Positions 20,101 to 29,496 of a stretch of DNA of 64,000 nt are shown here, piece by piece. The first letter of the stretch is position 1. Each line of letters opens with the position of its first letter. This stretch comes from Cyanobacteriota bacterium (GTDB lineage Bacteria; Cyanobacteriota; Cyanobacteriia; Cyanobacteriales; Nostocaceae): positions 32,001 to 96,000 of the forward strand of contig JBJOKS010000013.1 of NCBI GenBank assembly GCA_046045965.1. Direction: 5' to 3'. Under the pieces are notes generated by a model that worked only from the letters and a program-made list of their open reading frames with translations, did no database searches and was not told the DNA's origin. The position numbers and the translations under genes are program-made.

Positions 20101-21069
20101 TTAGTCCATGTAAAATAAATTTTTTCCTTGTATGATTTCAAAACCACTGTTAGTTTTGCAGTCTTTAGCTAATTGACGAACAGCTTCATATAAAAACTCA
20201 TCTTTACCAAACAAATCAGCTATCACACCAAACCTACGTTTTTGCAGATAATTCTTTAATAAGAAACGCAAGAGATACTTGAGAGGTTGTTCGTTATCTT
20301 TGGGTGAATAACCGGCATCAATCTCAGGCTTTTTGAAAACAAATTTTGATTGACCATTATCGACCTGAATTGAGGAAAAAAATACATTACCAACAGTCTG
20401 CACAGAAGTAACAACCACAGCAACTTTTTGTCTCAGACTTTCTGAATTAAATAACTGAAGTAAACCCTTGTATTCATCTTTAATACGAGCTAAAAGTTTC
20501 CTTTTAGATTGTTCATCTTTCATGTAACTTTCGCATTTAATTGGGGCAATAATTAACAAGCGATTTGAATTAAGACTGCCATAAATTTGCTCAAACCAAG
20601 CTTTTACTTCTATAGGACGATTTCTCTGAAAATGCCATTTACCGTTAGCTTCCATTAGTGCTGGTGCATCTACAGCAATGAGAACAGCTATAGATTTACT
20701 CAAATGTTCTTTAATAAATTCTTGCCCTTTTTTTTCTCCTTTATCAACGAGATAGCCTCCAGGACAGTCCCACAATGTTAGCTTTAGTTTAGGTGGTTTT
20801 CCTTTACGACCAATATTAAATACAAAAGCCCTTGGTTGTGCAGTAGCTGGAATACCACCTTCTCTTAATTCTTCCTCTAGTTTAAACTCATCATTTAAGG
20901 CTTTGAGTTCACCTAATCTTTCTCCTAAAGTGCTTGCGGTATCAAAGTCAGGGGTGAGTTGGATGCTAGTTTGATTAATTTCCCGATCATATTCATAGTA
21001 CATTGATGTTAATAAACTTGTCTTACCCACATATCTGGGACCAAACATCAAAACTTCAAATTCGAGCAT
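20101..21069 (-). CDS. TRAFAC-type P-loop GTPase
   Basis: G1 GPRYVGKT, G2 PAT, G3 WDCPG, G4-like IKCE; AGGAG SD upstream. Confidence 0.75.
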   Translation of the reverse strand: MLEFEVLMFGPRYVGKTSLLTSMYYEYDREINQTSIQLTPDFDTASTLGERLGELKALNDEFKLEEELREGGIPATAQPRAFVFNIGRKGKPPKLKLTLWDCPGGYLVDKGEKKGQEFIKEHLSKSIAVLIAVDAPALMEANGKWHFQRNRPIEVKAWFEQIYGSLNSNRLLIIAPIKCESYMKDEQSKRKLLARIKDEYKGLLQLFNSESLRQKVAVVVTSVQTVGNVFFSSIQVDNGQSKFVFKKPEIDAGYSPKDNEQPLKYLLRFLLKNYLQKRRFGVIADLFGKDEFLYEAVRQLAKDCKTNSGFEIIQGKNLFYMD

Positions 21070-21081
21070 ATCTAAAATCTC

Positions 21082-23283
21082 CTATTTGTTATAATTTAAA
21101 ATTTGCAATTTTTCTGATTCATTGGCATTTTCTACCAATTTAACTAAATCAAGCCATTCTTTTTTTCTAGTTTCCTCAATCAGCTTTCCTTGAAATTCAG
21201 ATTCCCAAATTTTTTCACGAGATTGTAACAGAAATATTTCCCATTCTGTTTTTACATCTTCTGCACGAAGAATTCTATCTAAAAATTCCTCTACTATGGC
21301 AAAAGCAGCTTGATTTGGTTCTTTGAAAAAGTCCATGAGGGATTCTTCACATTTATATACAGCCTCTTGATGAGCGGTTTTAAGGTTATTTAAAACTTGT
21401 TGAGCAGTAGGAGTTTTACTCAGTTGTAATACTTCACTTTCATTTGGTGTCAAAATATCTAAATGTTGCCGGATGCGGTGTTGAACAAAGCCACGATAGG
21501 AAAGCTCAAAATCAGCTAAAACCTGAAAACCAAATTTTAGTTTACAGGGTTTACCACCGATAATTTCATCTGGCAATATTTCCGCCATTGTTCTGAGAAA
21601 TTCTGTTCCTTGTTTTTCTGTTAATGCTCCTAATTTTCCTTGTTGAATTAGTACATTTGCAACTTGATTTTTTAATTCTTCTACCGATTTTTTCAACCCA
21701 TCATCTATAGATAAAAATTTCTGTGATAGATGAGCGCGAACTTCATTCATATACTGTTCATAGGTAGTTCCATAACCTTTGACTTCTTTATTTCTGTCTT
21801 CAATTTGCGTAATTGATGGAATTCCCGTATCCTGTTGACAGGATTGAATTACTGTTTCTACTTGTGCTTTAAAAAATTGATCTTCATTTTCACGATTCTT
21901 TCTGAGATTTTCTAGCAAGTCTTCTAAACTATTGGTGATACTGTTTATCAGTTTTTTGACTTGTGGTAAAAATGTTTCAGCCCCAGTTTCAATTCTAATG
22001 GTTTTACCAAAGACTTTTCTCGCTTTTTCTAATTCCGTCTCTATGGAAGTTTGAATTTCTGTTAATACCTTTTGACAGGATTCTGCATATTGCCTATCTA
22101 AGTTATTAATATTCTTAGCTAGATAATCAATAACTGTTGCTAAAAGCTGATTAGCTTGTTCAGGATTCTTACAATTAGCAATTACACAACCACCTACACG
22201 AATAGGCTGGTTAGCAAGGGTATTTTTTAAATCTTGACACCGATTCCAGTTAGTCTCATCGTGGTTTAATACCATAAAAGACCACAAATTTAGCGGTAAC
22301 TTTTCTTTCAAAGCTTTATAAGCATCATCATATAAATCTATATCATCTTTTTTCCAAAAGTCTCCACTAGGTACTGGTTTCCGCACAAATAAAATAAAAT
22401 CAACATCTTCTCCCAAAGCTTCAATCATCCGTTCTGCATCACCTAATCTAGTATCACCCAAACCAGGCATATCAACTAAACCAATTTTTTCTACACCTGG
22501 CGCTCCAAAGTGACAAAATATTTCTACTTTCTTAACAACTAAATGATTAAATATTAGCGGGTTTCCTTGCGTATCATATTTTTGAGAAACAAATTCTTGA
22601 ATGTGTTCTTTTTTGATTATCTCTTGTCTTTGTTCTGGTTTGAGGAGAAAAGCATATTGATCTAAACATTGATAATAATCATCTCGCAGATGTTTATAAA
22701 TAGATTCTGCTTTAGCTGGGTTTTCATGATTCTTTGGGGGTTCAGGAAACTTTTGATGACGAAAATCATCAAGGGTTTGAGGGATGGGACTAAAATTTAA
22801 TTGTTTGTAATATGGCGCAATAACTTCTTTGAGAAAAGAACTTTCTGAGTGAAAATAAACTTTAGCGTAGGTATTGCCTTCCGTTTGATGATAGATGTTA
22901 CTTTGCACACTGGTACAAGGCATTCTGTCACTACTAGGTATTTCTGTATCCGTGAGTCCACTGAGAATTTGCAAGAGGGTACTTTTACCTTGACGTGCTA
23001 AACCAACAACTCCAATATTGAGAGTTTTACGAGCAAAGCGAAGTCCGAGCTTATCTAATACCTTTAATTCCTCGTCAATTCTCTTTAAAATCTCGGAAAA
23101 ATCAATATTTTGTAGTTTTTTCAAGGTTTCCGGTTCGTTAACACATTCTGCTAGTTGTTTTTGACGATTGACTTCTAAGGTTCTAATTGTTTGATATAGC
23201 TTTTGTAGATTAGGTGTAATTTCTTGTTCAAGTTTATTAGCTAAGGGAATACGCTGAATAATAATATCTTCGATTTGAGGCAT
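21082..23283 (-). CDS. Dynamin-like GTPase
   Basis: G1 GLARQGKS, G2 PCTS, G3 DMPG, G4-like NHD; helical N- and C-terminal regions; about 733 aa. Confidence 0.8.
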   Translation of the reverse strand: MPQIEDIIIQRIPLANKLEQEITPNLQKLYQTIRTLEVNRQKQLAECVNEPETLKKLQNIDFSEILKRIDEELKVLDKLGLRFARKTLNIGVVGLARQGKSTLLQILSGLTDTEIPSSDRMPCTSVQSNIYHQTEGNTYAKVYFHSESSFLKEVIAPYYKQLNFSPIPQTLDDFRHQKFPEPPKNHENPAKAESIYKHLRDDYYQCLDQYAFLLKPEQRQEIIKKEHIQEFVSQKYDTQGNPLIFNHLVVKKVEIFCHFGAPGVEKIGLVDMPGLGDTRLGDAERMIEALGEDVDFILFVRKPVPSGDFWKKDDIDLYDDAYKALKEKLPLNLWSFMVLNHDETNWNRCQDLKNTLANQPIRVGGCVIANCKNPEQANQLLATVIDYLAKNINNLDRQYAESCQKVLTEIQTSIETELEKARKVFGKTIRIETGAETFLPQVKKLINSITNSLEDLLENLRKNRENEDQFFKAQVETVIQSCQQDTGIPSITQIEDRNKEVKGYGTTYEQYMNEVRAHLSQKFLSIDDGLKKSVEELKNQVANVLIQQGKLGALTEKQGTEFLRTMAEILPDEIIGGKPCKLKFGFQVLADFELSYRGFVQHRIRQHLDILTPNESEVLQLSKTPTAQQVLNNLKTAHQEAVYKCEESLMDFFKEPNQAAFAIVEEFLDRILRAEDVKTEWEIFLLQSREKIWESEFQGKLIEETRKKEWLDLVKLVENANESEKLQILNYNK

Positions 23284-23527
23284 GGTATAATCTGCCAAAA
23301 CAATTTTCAATTGTATAATTTATCAGCAAAGTGCTAGATTTAGGGAAAAATTACTGTTAATTAATTTAACGCATTTGTAACAGTTGGCAATGATGTAATC
23401 ACACAGATAAGATGCACAGAAACTGAACAGTAGAAAATGCGATGACGCAGGTTTAAAATCCTTGCTTTTTCATCGGTTTTGCATAATTTGGCGCAGATAG
23501 AGTTTGATGATGTAGTAGCGAATTCTA

Positions 23528-24652
23528 TTGGCTTCCAAACATTCTCTTAAATACTCAAAAGGATATACAGCCGTGGTATTATTTAACATAAATACTCGAT
23601 TATTGATGATTTCGATGCTATTGGGGTTAATGGCTATACCCAGCATGGAAATTACCGCAACAGGACAAAGCAACCTTGACCCAAAACCAAACAGTTCTAC
23701 TACATACCCAGTCGCACCACCTCCAAAACGAGTAGACCCTTTACCCGATGACCGAGATGTGCTGGAGAGAGAAGTAGAAACTGATTACCGTATTAGTAAT
23801 TTACTAGGAGATTTGGCTGGTAATCTGTGGGTAGGTTCTTGGCGGGGTTTATCACGAATTGACCCCAATACAGGTAATATTATTGCTCGTGTCAGTTTGC
23901 CGAATGTTACCATTACTGCCTTAGCACAAGATAAAGTCGGTCGTTTGTGGGTGGGAAATTATGAGGGTTTAACCAGAGTAGACCCCCGTACTAATGAAAT
24001 TACGGCACAGAATTTATTACTACCTTCTAAACGGGTCTTATCCCTGTTAGTTGATAAACGGGGTTATTTGTGGACGGGTACTGATAGCGGTTTAGCTTTA
24101 ATTAGTCCCGACCAAGGTTTAATTATGACAACCTTGAAAAATCTACCTGGTGTTAGTGCTAATGCTATGACCTTAGATGCAGATGGTCAGCTGTGGGTAG
24201 GGACTTTAGATGGACTGGTAAGGGTGAATACTGCCAGTGCTTTGATAATGAAGAGGATAAATAGTTTACCAGGGGCGACTGTACAAGCTTTGGCTATCAG
24301 TCCTGAAGGGTTAATTTGGGCAGGAATGCCAAATCAATTGTTAGTAGTTAACCCAAAAAATGGGATTGTGTTAAGGTCTGTGACTCCTCTGCGGGGCAGA
24401 AATGTCACTTCAGTACGTTTTGCTCAAGATGGTAGTGTTTGGGTGGGAACTAACAACGGGTTGTTAAGATTAAATCCAGATACAGGAGCTTTGTTGGATC
24501 AAGTAGCCGGCTTACCTTCTAGTCGGGTACTAACTCTTGCACCTGATCTTGGTAATAAGTTATGGGTGGGAACCAGCGAGGGGTTAGCTTGGTTAATGCC
24601 TACAATGGATAAAGCACAGCCTCATTTCGGTTTTGGCCGGGCTGTGAAGTAG
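23528..24652 (+). CDS. Secreted beta-propeller protein (two-component regulator propeller-type repeats)
   Basis: About seven D..G.LWVGT..GL repeats after a hydrophobic leader; true start is probably slightly downstream. Confidence 0.8.
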   Translation: MASKHSLKYSKGYTAVVLFNINTRLLMISMLLGLMAIPSMEITATGQSNLDPKPNSSTTYPVAPPPKRVDPLPDDRDVLEREVETDYRISNLLGDLAGNLWVGSWRGLSRIDPNTGNIIARVSLPNVTITALAQDKVGRLWVGNYEGLTRVDPRTNEITAQNLLLPSKRVLSLLVDKRGYLWTGTDSGLALISPDQGLIMTTLKNLPGVSANAMTLDADGQLWVGTLDGLVRVNTASALIMKRINSLPGATVQALAISPEGLIWAGMPNQLLVVNPKNGIVLRSVTPLRGRNVTSVRFAQDGSVWVGTNNGLLRLNPDTGALLDQVAGLPSSRVLTLAPDLGNKLWVGTSEGLAWLMPTMDKAQPHFGFGRAVK

Positions 24653-24730
24653 GGACTGGGACTGGGGACTGGGGACTGGGGACTGGGGACTGGGAAAAAA
24701 GCAGGGGAGCAGGGGGCAGGGAGCAGGGGG
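24652..24730. repeat. STRR (GGGACTG)n and GCAGGG repeats
   Basis: Visible tandem repeats. Confidence 0.9.
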
Positions 24731-24766
24731 AAATTTTCCTTTTTCTTCTTTCTTCTGAACTCCTGA

Positions 24767-24850
24767 TAGCGTTCGCGTAGCGTGCCGAAGGCATAGCGTG
24801 GCGTTAGCCATACTCCTGAACTCCTGATAGCGCAGCTTGGCGTTAGCCAT
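24767..24850 (+). mobile_element. Two 23-nt short dispersed repeats inside a CTCCTGAA array; the first carries a nested 22-nt element
   Basis: CTGA|TAGCG[TTCGCGTAGCGTGCCGAAGGCA]TAGCGTGGCGTTAGCCAT|A and CTGA|TAGCGCAGCTTGGCGTTAGCCAT|A. Confidence 0.75.
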
Positions 24851-24926
24851 ACTCCTTCTTTCTGTCACCTGTCACCTGTCACCTGTCACCTCTTCCTCCT
24901 TAACTCCTGAACTCCTTCTATTCTTT

Positions 24927-25706
24927 ATGCCAATTACTACCCAGCAATTAATACAATGGAAACAGCAGGGACGGGCAATTGTCGCTTTGACTGCTTGGGA
25001 TTATGCGATCGCTCAACTGTTAGATACAGCTGGTGTAGACTTAATTCTGGTAGGTGATTCTCTGGCAGTTGTGCTGGGATATGAAACCACACTGCCAATT
25101 ACTTTAGAGGAAATGATCCACCATGCTAAAGCTGTGCGTCGTGGTGTGAAACGCGCTCTAGTTGTTGTTGATTTACCATTTTTAACCTATCAAGAAAGTA
25201 TTTCTCAAGCTATGCACTCAGCCGGCAGAGTGCTGAAAGAAACTGGCGCACAAGCGGTAAAATTAGAGGGTGGACATCCGGCAATGATCGAGACCGTGGC
25301 CAGGTTGGTACAAGCGGGTATTCCGGTAATGGGTCATGTAGGTTTAACACCACAATCAATACATCAAATTGGTTTGCGACAACAGGGAAAAACTCAGTCC
25401 GCAGGAGAGAGAATTTTAAATGAAGCGATCGCTCTCGAACAAGCTGGTGTATTCTCCATAGTATTAGAACATATCCCCGCAAATTTAGCATTAGAAATTA
25501 CCCAAAAATTACGTATCCCCACTATTGGTATTGGTGCTGGTTCAGAATGTGACGGACAGATTTTAGTTACTTCTGATGTCTTGGGACTTTCAGAAAAACA
25601 ACCCCCCTTTGCGAAAGTTTATACAAATTTGCGGGAAGAGATAACCAAGGCTGTACAGAATTATGCTTTGGAAGTACGTGATGGGCAGTCCTTTAGAAAC
25701 ATATAA
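24927..25706 (+). CDS. panB: 3-methyl-2-oxobutanoate hydroxymethyltransferase
   Basis: LTAWDY, ILVGDS, VKLEGG and GHVGLTPQ motifs. Confidence 0.96.
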   Translation: MPITTQQLIQWKQQGRAIVALTAWDYAIAQLLDTAGVDLILVGDSLAVVLGYETTLPITLEEMIHHAKAVRRGVKRALVVVDLPFLTYQESISQAMHSAGRVLKETGAQAVKLEGGHPAMIETVARLVQAGIPVMGHVGLTPQSIHQIGLRQQGKTQSAGERILNEAIALEQAGVFSIVLEHIPANLALEITQKLRIPTIGIGAGSECDGQILVTSDVLGLSEKQPPFAKVYTNLREEITKAVQNYALEVRDGQSFRNI

Positions 25707-25771
25707 TTTTTGCTGAATTGTTGCAGATAAGGACTAAACTTAAAAGTCTTGTACAGCAAATTCGTAAGAAT

Positions 25772-25794
25772 ATGGCCTACGCCACGCTACGCTA
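25772..25794 (-). mobile_element. 23-nt short dispersed repeat
   Basis: Minus strand CTGA|TAGCGTAGCGTGGCGTAGGCCAT|A. Confidence 0.7.
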
Positions 25795-25963
25795 TCAGGA
25801 GTCAGGAAGGTTGAACGGCCGTTCACCCGTACAGGAGTCAGAATGTTTTATCAAACAGTAGATTATCAAATATATGATTTTGGATTTAACTGTTAAAAAC
25901 CTGACTGCTGAGAGCTAATAGCTGAATGCTTGCGGAAAACCTAGAATTATAAATGAAGTAATC

Positions 25964-27544
25964 ATGTCCAAGGTTCTTGTCTCCGATCCCATTGACCAAG
26001 CTGGTATTGACATTCTTTCCCAAGTTGCAACCGTTGATGTCAAAACAGGTCTAAAACCAGCAGAATTGATAGAAATTATTGGTGAGTATGACGCGCTGAT
26101 GATCCGTTCGGGAACTCGCGTGACTCAAGAAATTATTGAAGCCGGTACACAATTAAAAATTATTGGTCGTGCTGGTGTGGGTGTGGATAATGTAGATGTT
26201 CCCGCTGCTACTCGCAAAGGTATTGTAGTCGTTAATTCCCCAGAAGGAAATACCATTGCAGCAGCAGAACACGCCCTAGCAATGATGTTATCTTTATCCC
26301 GTCATATCCCCGATGCTAATGCTTCCGTAAAAAGAGGAGAGTGGGATCGGAAAACTTTTGTGGGTGCAGAAGTATATAAGAAAACCCTGGGCGTTGTGGG
26401 CTTGGGGAAAATTGGCTCTCATGTTGCGACTGTAGCAAAAGCTATGGGGATGAAATTATTAGCTTATGATCCCTTTATTTCTACAGAAAGAGCAGAACAA
26501 CTCGGTTGTCAGTTGGTAGATTTAGATTTGTTATTCCAACAGGCAGACTATATCACTTTACACATCCCCAAAACCCCAGAAACTGCCAATTTAATCAACG
26601 CTAAAACTTTGGCGAAGATGAAACCCACTACCAGAATTATCAACTGTGCTAGGGGTGGAATTATTGATGAAGCGGCTTTGGCAGCGGCGATTAAAGATGG
26701 TAAAATTGGTGGAGCAGCCTTGGATGTGTTCGAGTCAGAACCCTTGGGAGAATCTGATTTGCGATCGCTGGGTAAAGATGTAATTCTCACACCCCACTTA
26801 GGTGCATCTACCACCGAAGCCCAAGTAAACGTAGCCATAGACGTAGCTGAACAGATCCGTGATGTGATTTTAGGACTACCTGCCCGTTCTGCTGTTAACA
26901 TCCCCGGACTTGGACCAGATATCTTGGAAGAACTCAAACCTTATATGCAGTTGGCGGAAACCTTGGGTAACTTGGTTGGACAACTAGCAGGTGGAAGAGT
27001 GGAAACACTGACTGTTAAGTTACAAGGAGAACTGGCAACAAATAAAAGTCAGCCTTTAGTAATAGCGGCATTAAAAGGGCTACTTTACCAAGCCTTGCGG
27101 GAACGGGTAAATTATGTCAATGCCAGCATAGAAGCCAAAGAAAGGGGTATTCGGGTGATTGAAACACGAGATGCCTCAGCGCGAGACTATGCAGGATCTC
27201 TGCATCTGGAAGCGACGGGTACTTTAGGTACTCATTCAGTGACAGGTGCTTTGTTAGGGGACAAGGAAATTCACTTAACAGATGTTGATGGTTTCCCCAT
27301 TAATGTTCCACCTAGCAAATATATGCTGTTCACTCTGCACCGAGATATGCCGGGAATTATCGGTAAACTCGGTTCCCTACTTGGCAGTTTTAATGTCAAT
27401 ATTGCCAGTATGCAGGTAGGAAGAAAAATCGTCCGTGGTGATGCGGTAATGGCTCTAAGCATTGATGATCCTTTACCAGATGGCATCTTGGATGAAATTA
27501 AACAAGTGTCCGGTATTCGGGATGCGTATACAGTAACACTTTAA
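25964..27544 (+). CDS. serA: D-3-phosphoglycerate dehydrogenase
   Basis: GRAGVGVDN, GLGKIG and TPHLGAST motifs plus C-terminal ACT domain. Confidence 0.97.
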   Translation: MSKVLVSDPIDQAGIDILSQVATVDVKTGLKPAELIEIIGEYDALMIRSGTRVTQEIIEAGTQLKIIGRAGVGVDNVDVPAATRKGIVVVNSPEGNTIAAAEHALAMMLSLSRHIPDANASVKRGEWDRKTFVGAEVYKKTLGVVGLGKIGSHVATVAKAMGMKLLAYDPFISTERAEQLGCQLVDLDLLFQQADYITLHIPKTPETANLINAKTLAKMKPTTRIINCARGGIIDEAALAAAIKDGKIGGAALDVFESEPLGESDLRSLGKDVILTPHLGASTTEAQVNVAIDVAEQIRDVILGLPARSAVNIPGLGPDILEELKPYMQLAETLGNLVGQLAGGRVETLTVKLQGELATNKSQPLVIAALKGLLYQALRERVNYVNASIEAKERGIRVIETRDASARDYAGSLHLEATGTLGTHSVTGALLGDKEIHLTDVDGFPINVPPSKYMLFTLHRDMPGIIGKLGSLLGSFNVNIASMQVGRKIVRGDAVMALSIDDPLPDGILDEIKQVSGIRDAYTVTL

Positions 27545-27778
27545 GTCAGGAGTCAGGAGTCAGGAGTTAGGAGTCAGGAGGCAGGAGGCAGGAGGCAGAA
27601 GGCAGAAGGCAGGAGGCAGAAGGCAGAAGGCAGGAGGCAGGAGGCAGGAGGCAGGAGGAACCTATTTTCCTCTTTCTTACTCCCTGCTTCCCCTGCTTCC
27701 CCTGCTTCCCCTGCTTCCCCTGCTTCCCCTGCTTCCCCTGCTCCCCCTGCTCTCTTCACTGTTCCCTGTTCCCTGTTC
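27545..27778. repeat. STRR arrays (AGGAGTC, AGGAGGC/AGAAGGC, CTTCCCCTG, GTTCCCT)
   Basis: Visible tandem repeats. Confidence 0.92.
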
Positions 27779-27795
27779 TAGTAATTTAAAATTTT

Positions 27796-28716
27796 ATGGC
27801 AAATACTTGGTGGGAACTGAAAATTTTATGTGAACCAGACCTGGAAGATTCTATCTTTTGGCGACTGGAAACTTTTGGCTGTCGTGGTACAGCCAGTGAA
27901 AGTAAAGGCAATTCATCGCTATTAAAGGCTTATTTACCTAGCTTTCAAGCACAATTACTAGATTTGTCGGCGCTTTCATTATGGTTGCGTCAAGATGCTT
28001 TGTGTATCGGTTTGCCTTCTCCGCTGTTACACTGGAATTTGATTGATGAGGAAGACTGGGCTAGTAGCTGGAAACAGTATTGGCAACCTCAAGAAATAGG
28101 CGATCGCTTTTTGATCAACCCTGCATGGCTACCATTACCTGCATCAGCAGAACGTTTAGTGATTCGCCTTGATCCAGGTGTAGCATTTGGTACAGGAAAT
28201 CATGCCACAACGCAACTGTGTCTAGAATCTCTGGAAATGCGTCTTAGTGAACTTCCTGATTCTTTCATAGGTACAGAACATAAAAAAGAATCCCTAGTAA
28301 TTGCTGATATAGGCTGCGGTTCTGGTATCCTTTCTATAGGTGCAATACTCTTGGGAGCTAAGAAAGTTTATGCAGTAGATAATGATCCTTTAGCGGTAAA
28401 ATCAAGTTTAAGCAATCGCGCCTTGAATGATATTAATTCAGAAAGATTAATTCCAGCCTTGGGTAGTGTAGACATTTTGACAAAATTAATTGATCAACCA
28501 GTAGATGGTATTGTCTGTAATATTTTGGCTGATGTAATTATTGAGTTAATTCCAGAAATAGGAGCTATTACTAAACCCAGTACCTGGGGTATATTTAGCG
28601 GTATTTTATTAGAACAATCCAAAGCTGTTGCTGATGTTTTAGAACAAAATGGTTGGGTTGTGGCTACTTTGTGGAAAAGAAAAGAATGGTGTTGTTTAAA
28701 TGCAAGACGTTCTTAA
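27796..28716 (+). CDS. prmA: Ribosomal protein L11 methyltransferase
   Basis: [14 protein letters not shown] and [11 protein letters not shown] motifs. Confidence 0.95.
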   Translation: MANTWWELKILCEPDLEDSIFWRLETFGCRGTASESKGNSSLLKAYLPSFQAQLLDLSALSLWLRQDALCIGLPSPLLHWNLIDEEDWASSWKQYWQPQEIGDRFLINPAWLPLPASAERLVIRLDPGVAFGTGNHATTQLCLESLEMRLSELPDSFIGTEHKKESLVIADIGCGSGILSIGAILLGAKKVYAVDNDPLAVKSSLSNRALNDINSERLIPALGSVDILTKLIDQPVDGIVCNILADVIIELIPEIGAITKPSTWGIFSGILLEQSKAVADVLEQNGWVVATLWKRKEWCCLNARRS

Positions 28717-28719
28717 ATG

Positions 28720-28806
28720 AGGGAATAGGGAATAGGGAATAGGGAATAGGTAAAAAATTTTCTTCCCAGTCCCCAGTCCCCAGTCCCCAGTCCCCAGTCC
28801 CCAGTC
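28720..28806. repeat. STRR pair (GGGAATA)n / (CCCCAGT)n between convergent genes
   Basis: Visible tandem repeats. Confidence 0.9.
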
Positions 28807-28809
28807 TCT

Positions 28810-29127
28810 TTAAACCAGTTGTTGCAAATGTTGAACTAACTGTGGTGCTTGAAGTACACCTTCAATCCTATCTACTGGTTGACCATTCTTAAATAATACC
28901 AAAGTTGGTAAAGCTGCAATTCCATACTGACTTGCTAATTGAGTGTATTTTTCGGTGTCAATTTTAACGATTCGTAACCGGTCTTTCAATTGCAGATTGA
29001 CTTGTTCTAAAATTGGAACCATCATCTGACAAGGACCACACCAGTCAGCATAAAAATCTACTAATACTGGGACATCAGAACCTGATAGCATTTCTTCAAA
29101 GCTGTTAAATTGCTTTTTAGTTGTCAT
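28810..29127 (-). CDS. trxA: Thioredoxin (probably y-type)
   Basis: DFYADWCGPCQ active site. Confidence 0.9.
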   Translation of the reverse strand: MTTKKQFNSFEEMLSGSDVPVLVDFYADWCGPCQMMVPILEQVNLQLKDRLRIVKIDTEKYTQLASQYGIAALPTLVLFKNGQPVDRIEGVLQAPQLVQHLQQLV

Positions 29128-29496
29128 GATGGCACACACCTATTTTTATTGTTTGTTTTTTAATGGTAATTCTTAGAAAATAGAATGGGTGTAATTTTAT
29201 GTTTTCTTGAGAAATGGTGCTGTCGGTTAATATTAGTTGATTTTCTAGATAAAATTATTAAGTATTTTTGCTAAAGTTAGAAATTTTTCTTAATTTGTGG
29301 TATTGGATAAATTCAATAAAAAAAACCTAAGTAAGCATCAATTGAGAAATATAGAATACAGACACAAATACTGATAAACAAGATAAGTTAAGTTTTTATT
29401 AATAACAATGTAATGATCACCAACATATTGTGATTTAGCACACTGGTCTTTCACCTGTGTTACATCAAAATTTACTTGAAAGTAAAAATTTTGACT

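Noticed and set aside
29410..29462. Weak dyads upstream of the dpdE-like gene as a WYL-type operator
   Set aside because: Short and imperfect in very AT-rich DNA, with no regulator gene adjacent
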